The notes under the pieces were generated by a model. It was not told the DNA's origin, searched no databases, and saw nothing but the letters and a program-made list of their open reading frames with translations. From Trichinella spiralis (lineage: Eukaryota), in contig NW_003526943.1 in NCBI RefSeq assembly GCF_000181795.1, forward strand, positions 4,553,228-4,617,227: 64,000 nucleotides of DNA. Direction: 5' to 3'. Position numbers and translations under genes: made by a program. Below are positions 27,601 through 41,371 of this stretch, in pieces (position 1 is the stretch's first letter; every line of letters begins with the position of its first letter).

Positions 27601-30600
27601 AAGCTAAATTACGTAGTTACCATTAGAAGGCTGTAAATTACCTCTTCACTTAAAATAGCTACTTTTCTCTGGAGAGTTGCATTGGAATACAATCCGTCAA
27701 GGACAGCTTACTAATGGGCTTTGTGATTAAAGCTATCTTATTACAAGAAAAGCCATACGTCTTTTTCAGATACCTCTGAATACTTTTCACTACTAACACT
27801 GTACAGTAGTTTTTTTTCATTTGACTATGAATAATAATAGCCACTGACATAATAATAAAAACGTAACTTCGAAAATTAAAAACTGCACTCCAATTTTGTT
27901 GTTTTTAATTGAGCAAAGTAAATTTCAGTCCAAATCACGTACACGTAAGCAAATCAATTTCAGCAATTTTTTTGACAGTTACATTTGAATCAGTATCGAA
28001 TAGATGCATGCTTTTCAAGTTTAAAAAATATTTTAATCAAAATTTGCAGATTAACCGATAAAAGATTTTTAACTTGTGTACGTTCTCAGAATTGATAAAT
28101 CGATTTTATTAACTATAATTAACAATTCAGATTAAACAATTAAGACTTTCATCACCAGTAAAAGCCATACGAGCAATAATACATCGTGTTTGGTATTGAA
28201 AGCTTACTTCTTGATTTTTACATTTACAAATTCTTTCTGACACATGCGACCTGCTTATGCCAAATTTCAGTTTAATTTCATGATTCAATATGAAATAATA
28301 TAAATTTTATTCAAGTGATAAAATAAAAATTTCTGTTTACATTATAATCATTCTTAATAAGAAAACAAAATATAATAAGATTCTTACCAGGAGAGAAATT
28401 TTCAACATAGCAGGACGGTGTAATAATGATGCAAGCAGCGTAATGATAAACTTGCAGCTCATTTCCATTGTTATGCTAAAATTGTGAAGAAAAGTGAATA
28501 TTTGCGGGTGAATATTTTCACAGATTTCACAGCGCTGATTAAGTGACAGCATGAGCAGAAGCTAACAAGAAATTGATGTGTATGATTATCAGCAGGGGTT
28601 GGAGAATTGCAAAGCATATGCTAATGATGCCTAATGGACAGCAAGTAGGAAAATTGCACCACGCGACTGAAATTCAGCACACCATTCTGAAGTTGTCAAA
28701 ATAAAAAAAAAATAAAAACTCATCATAGTTCAGCCAGTGTTTATGTCACTCTTAAGAATTGGATCTTTTCCTCTGGTCGGTAAATTTGACCAATAGAAAT
28801 GGAAGAAGTTCAAAATCGAAGCGACTAACGTGGGCTAAGATAACCGATCCGGAAACGGATTCAATCAAAACCATTTTCCAAGTTCACTTTCACACGAATA
28901 CATTTTGAAAGAGACATAAAATTAACTTTGATTTAATTTCACAGGATGTACAAGAAAAGAAAATCTAATTTTTGCAAAATCAATCTCATCTCTTTTAAAA
29001 TGAGGAAAACCGACATGATCTCATGACTTTTCAGTGGCTTCTTCACCGACTTGTGTTGAATAATTTGTTGCTTTTAGATGCAAACAAATTATAATCCATC
29101 TGTATGCTTCAATATCTTTTGTCTGTCTACTTTTGAAAAGTGAATTGTTGTTACTGACGATTTTTTTGAAGAATCATTCACCTCGCTAAAGTAACAATAA
29201 TCATTTACGACTTCATTAAACTTGAAATGTAACATTTGTAAAAGAAGCTTTCTTTGAACAGTTGAAGTTGTTGCTTATTTACGTTATGCAAAAAATTTTC
29301 AAATTTTCAGCATTAATTAGCTCTAGATTAATCTAAATTTAGCCGACAGAAGCGGCTGATCAAAAGAATTTCAAGCCGCATTCATTCATGCAATTACATG
29401 CCAATGTAATAATTTGATGATTTAGTTCTGAAACGGGTGCTGATTTGTTGACAAGCAGTTGCCCGAAATGCACTCTTGAACATTATTATTATTATTCAAA
29501 ATAAAGCATAAAGCACCTCTAACAAGCAATTGATCGATAGGTTGCTGCTTGTAGGGATTAATCTTGTTATTCCGTTGAAGAGTGCTGGAATAACTACTAA
29601 TACGCTTTCTTCAGTTTCTCTCTGACCTGAAATATTGGTCAATTTATTTGTCTAACATTTATCAGACCTTTTCACAAATAGCTTTCTTCACATTCTTGAT
29701 CAAAATTATTTGCAAAATACAAAATCTCACAGCGCATCATTGCATTTGCTGGAGGGTTTCAAAAAAGAATCCATTTTAAACGATACCCTTTCTCTCCTTG
29801 TCTCGATTCATGGAGATGCATAATAAAATTCATAATAAATATAAGTGAAAAACAAAAAAGAAGACTTTTATATGAACAAAAGAACGTCGGGAAGAATTAA
29901 ATTTAAATTTTTACAATAACAAACCTATTTCATCTTCACATTTTAATGCATAACTAAATTATGCAATATTTTTATTTTATTGTTTTCATATTATTTATCC
30001 TATTTAGTTCCATGCAATTTTTGCTCGCGTTAAGTAGGCTTATTAATGAATGACAGCAAAGTAAAGCTGAAATCTCTGTTCATCCTGTTCGACGCACATA
30101 TATGTATATATATGCTAATGTAAACTTGTAAATAAAATTATTAGCATATCAACATGAACTACTATTCGACTAAACATTTCCGTTCAGCGTATCTTTGCAG
30201 ATAAAATGCCTATAGCTGACATTTGTAACAGTCGGATGTTTAAAATTTTAAAAATTTCAAACTTTTTCAGAGATGTTTTATTTAAAAAATAAGAAAATTT
30301 ACAATCTAACTGAAAAGGCATTCAATTAGCATTCTTAGAAATAGAGCCACCATCTTGTGCTATATTTGTAGTTCATTCTTTTTTATTTTTCTGGGTAATT
30401 CTGTTGTCTCATAGGATTGAAGATTGTTATTCATTCATTTATGCTGTTTGTATGCAATGTAATTATGGCTGTATGAAAATCAATTTCGCCAATAAATGAT
30501 GAAACACTCACACAGCCTCATGAACAAAACTAACAATCACTTTTGATGCACTTTTGATTTATTTGCATTTCTGTGAAAGAAAAAAAATAATCGTTTCCTT

Positions 30601-33600
30601 TTCACTTTGAGGCATTTAATAGAAAAAAAACCGCATATGCAAATTAGCAAAAAGATTTTGCAATCAGTGTCTGTCTCCAGCCGTTTGGCTTAAGTAAAAC
30701 GACTGACTGTACATTGAACAGTGATGTTGAAGATTGTCAATGGTGATGGCAATGTTGCTCATTTTGAAAAATAGATTGAAGAATGTGATCAAAAGATCTG
30801 TCGTTGAAAAAATAAAAATTTAAAATTTACTCTGAACTGCTTTATGTTTTCGTTTAAATTTTAATTTTATACAAAGCAACAGTGTAAATGTAATCACAAT
30901 TAATAATATAAAAAAGAATTTGATTCACATCAGTTGATTAATTATTTCCTGATAATAATTTTTGTGCAATTAAACTTGAAAATTAACTTTTGTACAGTTT
31001 TTACAATGTGCACAGAATGCAGGAACTAAACTTACCAACAAATGAGATATTCTTTTTAAATTATAATAAATGAACGAAGATAGATGCGTTGAACGAATTT
31101 ATCTTCGAGTATTACATTTGAAGAGTGAAGTTGAAACTCCGCAAGAGCAGCAAAATAACTAATTATTGATAAAATATGGTTTGAGGAAAACGGCTACTCG
31201 AGTGATTATTATTTTTGTTTTGTTTCTTAAATGAAGCTTCCTCTTTCTGTGATTATCAAAATTCATCCAACAAAATTATGATTAATTATGCTTTTTAATT
31301 TGCAAACTACTAGGCAATCATTTACACAAGAGAAACAAAAGAAAAGAAAAGTCAGCATCAAAATAAGTTTAAAGATTTATTAGAAACAGCTGAAAATTGT
31401 ATATTACTTTCAACTCCCTCTTCTTCCACATCCGAATGAAAAGATGCCTCACTTCCCGCTGGAATTGTCTGAACTTTCTGAGCAGTTTATATAATATTCG
31501 AAGAAAAATAATTTCTTCACTCAAAACTATTCTTCTGTGCATATTATCATTATTTGATGTATATATACATATTTTTTTTATTTTTAATTATATTTATGGA
31601 TAATAAAATTATGCTCAACCTAAATATTTTTTTCTTATTCTTTTTTTGTTCAGAAATTATTTTTATTTCAAATTTGCATGTAAAAATAAATAATATTTTA
31701 AATATTGTTCCTTAGCGATGTGCTGATATGTAAATAATTTTATTTCCAAGTTTACGTTAGCACATATATACATATACATGTACATCGATAGTATGTGTCG
31801 AACATTGGGAACAGAGATTTCAGATAACGGCATTTAATTTGTCAGGCACGACAAAATTAATAAAAATCAGATTAATTTAACTTACGATTAATTTATACCA
31901 GCTGCAAGAGAGTAAAATTAGTACATAAACATGTTTGATAAAATTACTTTGACAACGATTTTCGTCTCACATTACTCAGACATCGATACTTTCCTCCATT
32001 TAAGGAACATTAAGTGAATAATAAAAAGCAAAATGAGTAGACGTTTATTCCAGAATATGCTCTGAACTTATTCCGACTGCTATTCATGCCTTTCTGGCCT
32101 TGTTGTTTACGACTGGACCGGAATGGTTGCTCAGAACCCATAAAACCATCTGGCATCAATCACACCCTAGATTAATGCACACTTATTAAAGGTGCACTCT
32201 CCGGTTACATGCTTCCAATTATCGAGTTTTTTTTTGTGATGCTAAAATCAAGCTTGCATAAACACTGGACCTTCAATGAAATTCTTTCCGCATCATGATC
32301 ATGTACTTTGGAACAATGAAAAGCGCAAATAAACACAAAAGCACTGCATTAAGCAAACATTTCAACGTTTGCACAAATGATTAATTCACAATTTTGTATA
32401 ATAGATAAAGCTTTTATCCAATCATTACGCTTCAGATTTTTTGAACAAAAAATTCTTATTTGCACTTTATAATGGCGAGTAAGAAAAAATTAATGTTAAA
32501 AGCAGTGTAAACGCTTAATTTAGCATTTGTCTCGAAAAGTATTATAATTTAAGGCCATTTTTTGAAACGCTGATATTAATTTTTGAAATTGAATTCTTTT
32601 TGTCAAAAAGCGCGAAACTGAAAACTTCGGTACAATAAAAGTTAACAACTATGACTTTACTTATCAAATCAGAAATGGCACAGGCAACATGTTAAATAAT
32701 AATGGAATAATTTTCAATATAATAATATTTAACTCATGCAAATAATATATGCCAACAATGCATTAACAATTTGGTGAAATCGAATCAAATTAATTCTTTC
32801 ATAAAACAAATTAATGCATAGAATTGAAAGGGAAAAATTTTTTTTTGAGAAAATGCTACATCACACATTATTGTTTAAATACAAATGGCCAATTCTGTAA
32901 GCAACGAACATTTTGAAACAGAGACACACCCAAACGCATCACATACTTTGTTTCTGGTGATCTAATGCCAAATAAAAGTAGTTGTTAGACAATATTTTTC
33001 TCAAATATACTTTCTCACATGAGTAAAATAACACAGTACACGCATATTTTAAAGAAATATGCAATATATCTCAAACTATGTTAATAAAATGCTTTACGTA
33101 CTTTTTTCCGCAATTGTTTTTATAATTTAGAACGCTATAATTCATGAAGAATTAATTAAAGTGACTGTCGCGTAAACTGGTGCAATATTTTTTTCATTTA
33201 ATACCTAACATTAATCATTGAATTGTTAACATATCAAACTTTTAGTCTCTCAACGGTTTCGTCAATAAGCTTTTTATCAGTCATATTTCAAACTGCAAGT
33301 TCAGTTTTAACATAGTTTAACAAATAACGCATTAACAAAGACAAGGAAGACTGAAATTTAAATTTCACATGGAATTTTCTAACGGATTTGTTGTTTGCGT
33401 GTTCGATCAGCTAAATTACATTCCATGACTTAATAAATAAATATCTGCACTATTTGTTGTTGGTGCTTTATAAATTTGTTGCTTTGAAAAAGCATTCTAA
33501 TTCAGCAAATGACAAATAATTATTAATTTGAACATATCGGACAAAATGATATTTCAGTAGCAAAAAATTAATTAATTAACAATAAAAAAACTACTGCACT

Positions 33601-33868
33601 TGTTTTGCAAAATAATAAGCAATAAACATGCAACAACAGCAACAGAATTGAATACCAGCAAACACATATCGCATAATAAAATATGCTATTGTTTTTGATT
33701 ATCTAATTTCAATAAATTGTTCGTAATTTTAAAGCAATTCCTGATTTATTTATTAACTGATTACTTCACAAAGCTGCTTTCAAAAACAAAATTTCCTCAG
33801 CATATTAGATCAATATCGCAGAGAAAAAACAATTCGAAGCTATGAAAAAAATGCTTTTCAACATTGAC

Positions 33869-36800
33869 TTAATGTCCAGGATTGTGAAAATTTTGCTGCT
33901 GACCTACGCCAGCAGGCGATGGAACATGTTGAAATTGTTGATTTTGTTGCTGTTGCCCAGAAGCATGATGATAAGGAGGCAGTTGATTATTAACAGATGC
34001 AGGATTGTTAATAAATCCAGGATTGCCTTGGGCATGTGCAACCACATTATCGGGCAGCTTTTGTTGATGATATGGTTGTTGTTCCATATGTGCATTGCCT
34101 TGTTGAAAATTATCAACATGTTGTTGTTGATTCGGTGGCTGTGGGATGCCGTGCATTTGTGAATGAAATTGATTTTGCTGTGCTGGAGGAATATTCGGTT
34201 GTGAATACTGAGATGGACTGGCTTGAAATCCACCGGTTGCCGATGCACCTGCTTGCTGATATTGTGCGGGATTTGCTTGAAATTGTCCTGCAGGCATATT
34301 CTGATATGCCTGAAACTGTCCTGTGGGTATATGCTGATTCACTTGATATTGTCCAGGGGGAACATTCCCTTGGATACCCGAAGCAGGAACTTGATAAACA
34401 GGGGCCCCATGGCCCTGCTGATAAACTGGTTGCTGCAGTGGAACTGCACTTTCCATGTACTGTTGTTGATGTTGTTGCTGTGGTGGTGGTGGTGGTGGTT
34501 GGTGTTGCTGCTGCTGTTGTTGCTGCTGCAGCAGCTGTTGCGGACTTCCAGGTGCTTGTGGCTGAAAATTTCCGGGTGCACTTCCAGTTTGCTGCGAAGG
34601 GACACCGTGTTGTGGAACCGCTGGTTTTGGAGGAATATCCATACCTGGGTGTTGAACTTTATTTGCTTCATCAATTACATCGTAGCCGTTTTCTTTTTTC
34701 CACTGAATTTCATATGCACGCAACTCATCTTCGGAAAATGCTTCGGCAGGATCGAGCACCGACCAATCATTATTATCTTGAAAATCTGGAGATTTCTCCT
34801 CACCGAGAAACTCACTTAAACTGATAAGACTGTCGTGATTTTTATCCATCTCTTCAACTACATGTTTTCGAAGTCTAGCTAATTCTTCTTCCCTGTACAA
34901 ATAAAAAGACAATTTTAAATCGCGCTTAAAGTTACTACTTAAATAATGGAAAAAAAGGAACAAAAAATTCACTTTTCAATCGCATGATCATTGCCATAAA
35001 CTCGGTCCAATTCTTTTTGAAATAAAGCTTCTAATTCTAATATATCCAAGTAGCCATCATCATTTGTATCGTGTAAATGAAAAAATGTATTCATATCAAA
35101 AGCATCTTTTGGTAATTTATCAACCTCTTCCCATACCTCTTCCAGCTGTCCTTTGCTTCCCTTAAATAACAATTTATTTTAAAAGATATTTTTTCGTAAA
35201 AAATAACACACACAGGATGCTTTAGCTTTTTATTTTTTCTTTTTTGTATCTCTTCATTTCGCTTTTCTTCGGCAAGTTTTCGTTCTTCTGGAGACATATT
35301 CTCTAATTTACGACGGTATTCCAATTCTTCTTTCATTTCATGTTCTTTATATTCTTGATGTTGTTGTTGATCGAGCATATCCATATCTTTCGAAGTCTTA
35401 AATAAATAATTTTGTAAATACTAAATGCTTCTAGAATTCCACAGCACTGAAAAAATTAACATGAACATTATTCAGAAAAGTAATGAGTTACAAAGTTACA
35501 TTACAAAACAGATATTAAATATTTTTTAAAAGAAAATCTGGTCATCCAGTCATGTAATCTGTTATATTATGTACATTTTAAACCCAACTTCAACTTTCGA
35601 AAATAGAAAGTGGTCTAAGCTTCAAAAGTTTCAAACAAAGTGTACTGCACTAAAGAAGATATAATCGGTAATTACACTTGCCTATATCACCGTATATAAA
35701 TTTACTTATTATTGAAGCATTTTCTTTATGTAAATAGCAAGAAAAATTCCTTGCAATTACAAATATTTACATTTAGAAAAAATTTCGAAGACCAAAATTT
35801 CTTCAGTAATTCTGTTTACCTGAAAATCAAAAAATATACAGTAATGAAAACTACACTACTCTACACCATAATCCGAAAAATATAGTGAAGTTATGAAATA
35901 AATTGAATGTTTCACATTTTCTAACATTAAAAGGGGTCAAATAAAAGTATTTTCAATGAAAACACTGAACATTGAGAAAATACGCTGAACTAGTTTCTTG
36001 ACCCTAAATCAGTTGCACCTACAAGGAGCATCCATCAACATCTAATGAACGTAGATTCAATAATCTCAAGCGTGCTAAAAGTAAATGTAGTTTTAAAGCA
36101 TTCTATTTTATTACCTTCCGAATCAGCATTTGTAAATCTGCTGAATCAAAAGTATCTTTATTATGGTCGATGTGTTCCAGCATGGCTGCGAAACCATTTT
36201 CGTGATCGCGTTTCTTTTCCAGTGCTTTCCGTAGACGTTCCAGCTCAATTAATTTAATTTGATTCAACTTTGTTCTCACATTATGATCCACAAAATTAAG
36301 AGCTTCGGCAATTTTTCCAGACTATAAATCAAAGGAAGTGACTACTAACGATAAAAGAGGGAATAAAAAATAAATTACGTGGATTTCTTCTGGAGTAGCA
36401 GCACGAAGTCGCTCAGCAAATGCTTAAATTTCACATAATGTACACAATAATTGTACAACAAAGCACATTTTCACTTACCTGGATCTGATTCTAAAGCAGC
36501 AACAACGTCTTTCAAGTACTGCTCATATGCTAAGTTATAATGCTAAAGTCAAATGAAATTATGTAAACTGTTAGCTTTCTTTAAATAACAATGATATCAT
36601 AAAACAGCAAAAGTTTACTAACAATACAAAAAAATACAACCTAAATAATTTTCTGAAAAAATAGCTGAAAATATTTAAAATAATTAGGATAAGAAAAAAT
36701 TTTATACTTATTAATATTAACGATTAATATTTTAAAAATTTCAAATCATTTAAAATTAAATATTAAAATTGTATCAGTCACCTGAAAGTAATCATCCGGC

Positions 36801-36904
36801 GGCGGTGGGCTTGGTTGAGGCGTGGATTTTATTTCCACATATCGGCAACAACAAAAAGGCAACAAAATAAAAATAAACGCAATAAAGCCAGTTCCGTGAA
36901 ACAT
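33869..36904 (-). CDS. nucb-1: Nucleobindin (EF-hand Golgi/secretory Ca-binding protein), 7 exons, ~610 aa, with Q/P/H-rich C-terminal extension
   Basis: Exons 36904-36782, 36542-36479, 36422-36379, 36321-36115, 35396-35214, 35160-34973, 34892-33869, all GT-AG and in frame. Signal peptide [20 protein letters not shown]. Conserved motifs [29 protein letters not shown] and [16 protein letters not shown] loops [12 protein letters not shown] and [12 protein letters not shown]. Confidence 0.92.
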
Positions 36905-37564
36905 AATACGCTTACAAAACTTTCAACAAAACAAGCAACAAGGCGAAATCCTTGAACGACGTATGGCAACTTGCATTTACAAATAAAAATGATGTCAGCA
37001 ATGTCTGTAAATAATATACTTGAATAATGTCAATTACACAAATATCAGTTAATGTAATTAATAGATCAGCAAACTTGAAAAACTTGAAGAAATGTAAATC
37101 TATTCAATGTAAAATTATCGTTTTGAATTAAAAATAAAATTAAATATTTTATTTGATAACTCCTTTTCTTTCATACTGTAAAACATATTGAATGCTGAAG
37201 TGGCTTAACATTTTAAAATTTATTATCATCGTTATTTAAAAATAACTTTATGTTTAACAGTTTAACGATCTTTTGCATTTTATGCGTTTAATTTTCGCAG
37301 AAACAAGTACTTTGTTTGTTTTTATTGTAACAGGGTTGTTTTCGTCTGAATTTAGTTTAAACAGATTATTGTTTGAACAGCTTTATTTATATAATATATA
37401 AACAAGTAGACTTGAATAATATGCCGAAAAATTAGGATTAACGACCATTATACGCAGTCAAGTCTTAACAGGAAGTGAAACAAATACACATCATACTGTA
37501 TTTAAACTTGACTATAAGTAAATTCAAATTTTTTTGAAGTTTGCATCAAAATGCCAGCGTAGTC

Positions 37565-40352
37565 ATGAGGAGTTCTAAAAAGCTTTCTTCTTCTTTATTG
37601 CTTAAGAAATCTATCAGAAGACTGAGTCAAACGCCTGGTACAAGATCCAAATTGCAGTAAGAAGGGATTTTTTTTAATAAATAATTATATTTTCCTACTT
37701 CGTTGTAGACTGTAGTTTGTATATTAAGTATAGTACATTAAGTATTTTATTCACAATAAATGTAATTTATTTATTTTTAAGATTTGTTGTGCACTTCATT
37801 TTGTTTTCAGGAAAAAAAGTTGTCTTCCACTTTCTTTGCGTCGTCACAAAAGTAATTGTAACAGAAGTTCAATTCGAGCATCGTGTCGTAATAAAGTAAG
37901 CTGCAATGAAAATACAATAATGAAATGAATTATTTATTTAAAAGTCTTTTCCAGATATTGGAAGTGATTTTTTTCAGATTTATGTGAAACAGTCAAGTGT
38001 GCGGCATTTTTACTGTTACTTTTTATTAGGACTGTAAAATTAGCAAATAGGTCGAAACTTTTTTCTAGTAACGGAAATTTATTTGCTTTTATATATTGCA
38101 ATCTGCTAATAATCTGTTGATAACATTTTTGTTTCTGCTCAATTCAACTTTGATTGGTGAATGAACGGAATCTCGAATTATTATTGTTATTATTATTATG
38201 GTTCAATTTATTTCATATAGAAGTTTATTAGTGAGCATTAAATTTAAATGCATACGTTATTTAATTTGATATTTTTTAGAATAACACTTTGTTGGAAAAT
38301 ATTAAAATAGAAACATGCTTGAAAAATGCCGCTGAAAATATTCTGAAGGAATGGAGAGCATATCCTGTTGACACTTTGTTAGAAGCCGGTAAAAGCGCTG
38401 TTGTCAGTGAGAAGCGTTTAGAATGCTATCATCGATTTGAAAAATTTAAATTTCAAAGAACAAGGTAGTATTCAAATAATTTTTGTTATATTGAAAATAA
38501 TTGTATTTTTTAGTTTATCATCTGGATTATCCTTTCGTCCAATAAATGTTATACTGAAAGGTGGTTAATTAAATAATTGTTCGTAGAGTTCAGTTTGCTT
38601 TTTCAGATGTAAGAATACCGTTGGCTTGGAAAAATAAAGATCATTTTCTGAATAAAGGAGGTATTATTGTTCATAAATGTAACATTATTTTTATAAATAT
38701 CATTTTTTGAGATTCGCGATCATATGCCGTTTTTGCCCTTTGCGAAATTGGAGACGACATCTGTGATACTAGACTTGTGTCGCATGTTGATCGAACATTT
38801 ACAGATATACAGTTTGAAGAGACTTTTGTGTTGTAAGAATATTTGTTTCACTTTTTTGAATTTTGTGAACTGGTAACATTTTATGGTTTTCTTAAATTAG
38901 GAAATAACTTTTTATACATTGTTTTCTTGTATCATAATTATAAGTTAATTCTACAATTTTCGAGTGGAAAAATGTATTTAAAGAAAGTTTCATGTTTGAA
39001 AGCTGAAGTATTATATTATATGTTTGTACATTTTAAGCTATTATATCAATGATAATTTGCTTTTTTATTTTAATGTAATGTAAAATAGATGTTGTCATGT
39101 TTCTAAATGTAGTTTAGCAAATATTAATATGCACATATTGCATATTTTAATAAAGAAAAGAATTTATTATTAAATTAAAAAATATCAAATTCACGTCTAA
39201 GATTGATGAACTTGATAAATTATAATTGAAAATGGAATGTTTTCAATTATTTTAGCAAAAACGTGCCTGCTGAATTTAACCTCGTCATTACATTATACAG
39301 CCGTCTTATTTCTGATGGCGAAGATCATGAATCTGTTGAAAATGTTAAAAATAAAGTTCTGAAACCGATCTCTCGGAGCTTATCTCGTGGTCCTAGCATA
39401 TATGTAATTTTAATATATCACATCTGCAAATAAATATATGCGTACTGATTATATGCATTTTAGAGAAAAAAACATAAAGCATTATCATGTGCAAGATTTT
39501 GTCAAGTTGCTTCAGTCATCTTGAATCGTTCCAGTCTGACTCCATCTGGTTCAGTTGTCACCAATTTGATATTAAACGAAAGTAGAGTCTTTTTTCAATT
39601 TTAATTTTTTAAAATAATAGTTGATAATTGTCATATAAAAGAACTTGCCTGAAATGACGTAGGATGTGAAGTGTAGCTTTTTTGTGTAGAATTTTTGAAT
39701 TAAACGGTAATTACAATAATTATTTATATACATATTTTTAGCTGTCACGTATTTAATTGTTCTACTAAATTTTTACAACTGTTTATTATAGATTTTCAGG
39801 AATTCTTTCCCCCGAACTTTGGCTTCTTGTGTTGTGATATTTGTATTAACGTAAATTCAAAAAGCAAATTCACTTTTGATGGATATTTAACTGTTCAAGT
39901 AATTGTATTTGTATAAAGTTGTATTTTACTTGTAAAAAATGTTAATTTGTTCTTTATTACATATATGTGAAGAATAATTCTGGAAATTATGAATCGGTGC
40001 GTTGCATTCTTCGACGAGTGAAGCTTTACATATATTGGTCAAATGGTTTGCAAACTGTGAATATTACTGCTGTAAGATTTGAATGTAAATATTGTTAATT
40101 TGTAAAATTTAGTATAATTTTTTTCAGGATTGCACTTTTACTTGGGAAACATTGAAATTTACTTTAACAACCGTATCAGGGGATGTGTTGGTTTTTACGT
40201 CTTGTGAAGTGGACGTTTTGGAGCAGTTTTATCGAACTTTAATTCACCATCGTCAGGGTATATATATATAAATAGATTTTTTAGCAGATGAGATTAAAAA
40301 TAGTTATTCGATAATTTTAGAAAATGTAAAAGAAATGGTTTCGCCAGAGTAA
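37565..40352 (+). CDS. RTKN: Rhotekin-like protein (HR1/RBD + anillin-homology + degenerate PH), ~12 exons
   Basis: Hand-spliced exons 37565-37656, 37811-37895, 38280-38464, 38514-38560, 38607-38660, 38712-38832, 39256-39403, 39464-39581, 39792-39898, 39973-40071, 40128-40257, 40321-40352. Translation includes TLLEAGKSAVVSEKRL and DVRIPLAWKNKDHFLNKGDSRSYAVFALCEIGDDICDTRLVSHVDRTFTDIQFEETFVF, which closely resembles rhotekin. The 5' exons are less certain. Confidence 0.85.
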
Positions 40353-40641
40353 AGATTGAATTATTTTGGCATTACGTTTGATGTGAAACATTCTGATCAA
40401 AATTGATTTTTATAATTTGATGAATAAATTTTACGTTTTATTTGATTATTTATTTTTTTGAACGTGAATAATTTGTCAGATTTGGTTTCTTTTTAAAAAG
40501 AAACTTTTTTTCGAAAAATATTACAGTAAGCAAATAAATGTATAATTGATCAGGTTGGTTGATGTTCAATAATTTGCATGAATTGATTTTGTCGTTCGTG
40601 CACAAGTTGTTTAATATGGTTGTCATAGTTACTTGTGCTAT

Positions 40642-41340
40642 ATGGCGTCGGTGCGTTCTGAACGTAATCTGGAAAAGTCTATTGGAAACGGAGAAGAGCC
40701 TGAAATCGATGACCCGTGTGAAGAAAAGTCAGTTTTTTTCTATTTAACTTTTCATTACTGAGATTCACTTCTCCATTCTCGGTTATGTTTAATTTTTCAA
40801 ATCAGTGGCAATAAATTTTGCTTGATATTTTAATTTTTAATTTTATCATTTGTTATTGGAATATTGTTCTATATCTTCTTCTTCTTCTTCTTCTTCATAC
40901 TTTAAATTTTTTAAACAAATCTCTGTTCAAAATTATCCAGATCGATGTAAGAAGCTTCATGTTTGCTTTTCTTGTGTTGTTGTTTGTAAATTTTATTTTA
41001 AATTGCAATATAATATTTTTGAACATATTTCAGGGTTTCAAGTGAAGAATTGAATGATGGAAAAAAGGAAGAAGCCGTACCGCCTGCTTCACCGAAAGTA
41101 GCGGCCAAACGACTGATCATTCTCGGCGAAGCGGCCAGTGATGTGATCAGCGTTACCAGCGATCCCATTGATCCGAAACAATCCAATCCAGCTATATCGG
41201 CTATAAATACAGAATTATTAATTGGCGTCAGCGAAAGTGATGCACAAAATGAACAGCATATTTACGTTCAAAAAGCAGGCAATATAAATTGATATTTTAA
41301 AAAAGTTTATAAATGGAAATTGTTGTTGTATAATTTTCAA

Positions 41341-41371
<31 letters not shown>

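Noticed and set aside
20869..31603. Short 60-107 aa ORFs in the AT-rich desert
   Set aside because: F/I/L/K/N-biased composition expected from random AT-rich DNA, with no motifs.
33842..34824. Long + strand ORFs (262, 198 and 106 aa) opposite nucleobindin
   Set aside because: Antisense shadows of CAA/CAG-rich low-complexity coding sequence that translate as poly-V/L/W.
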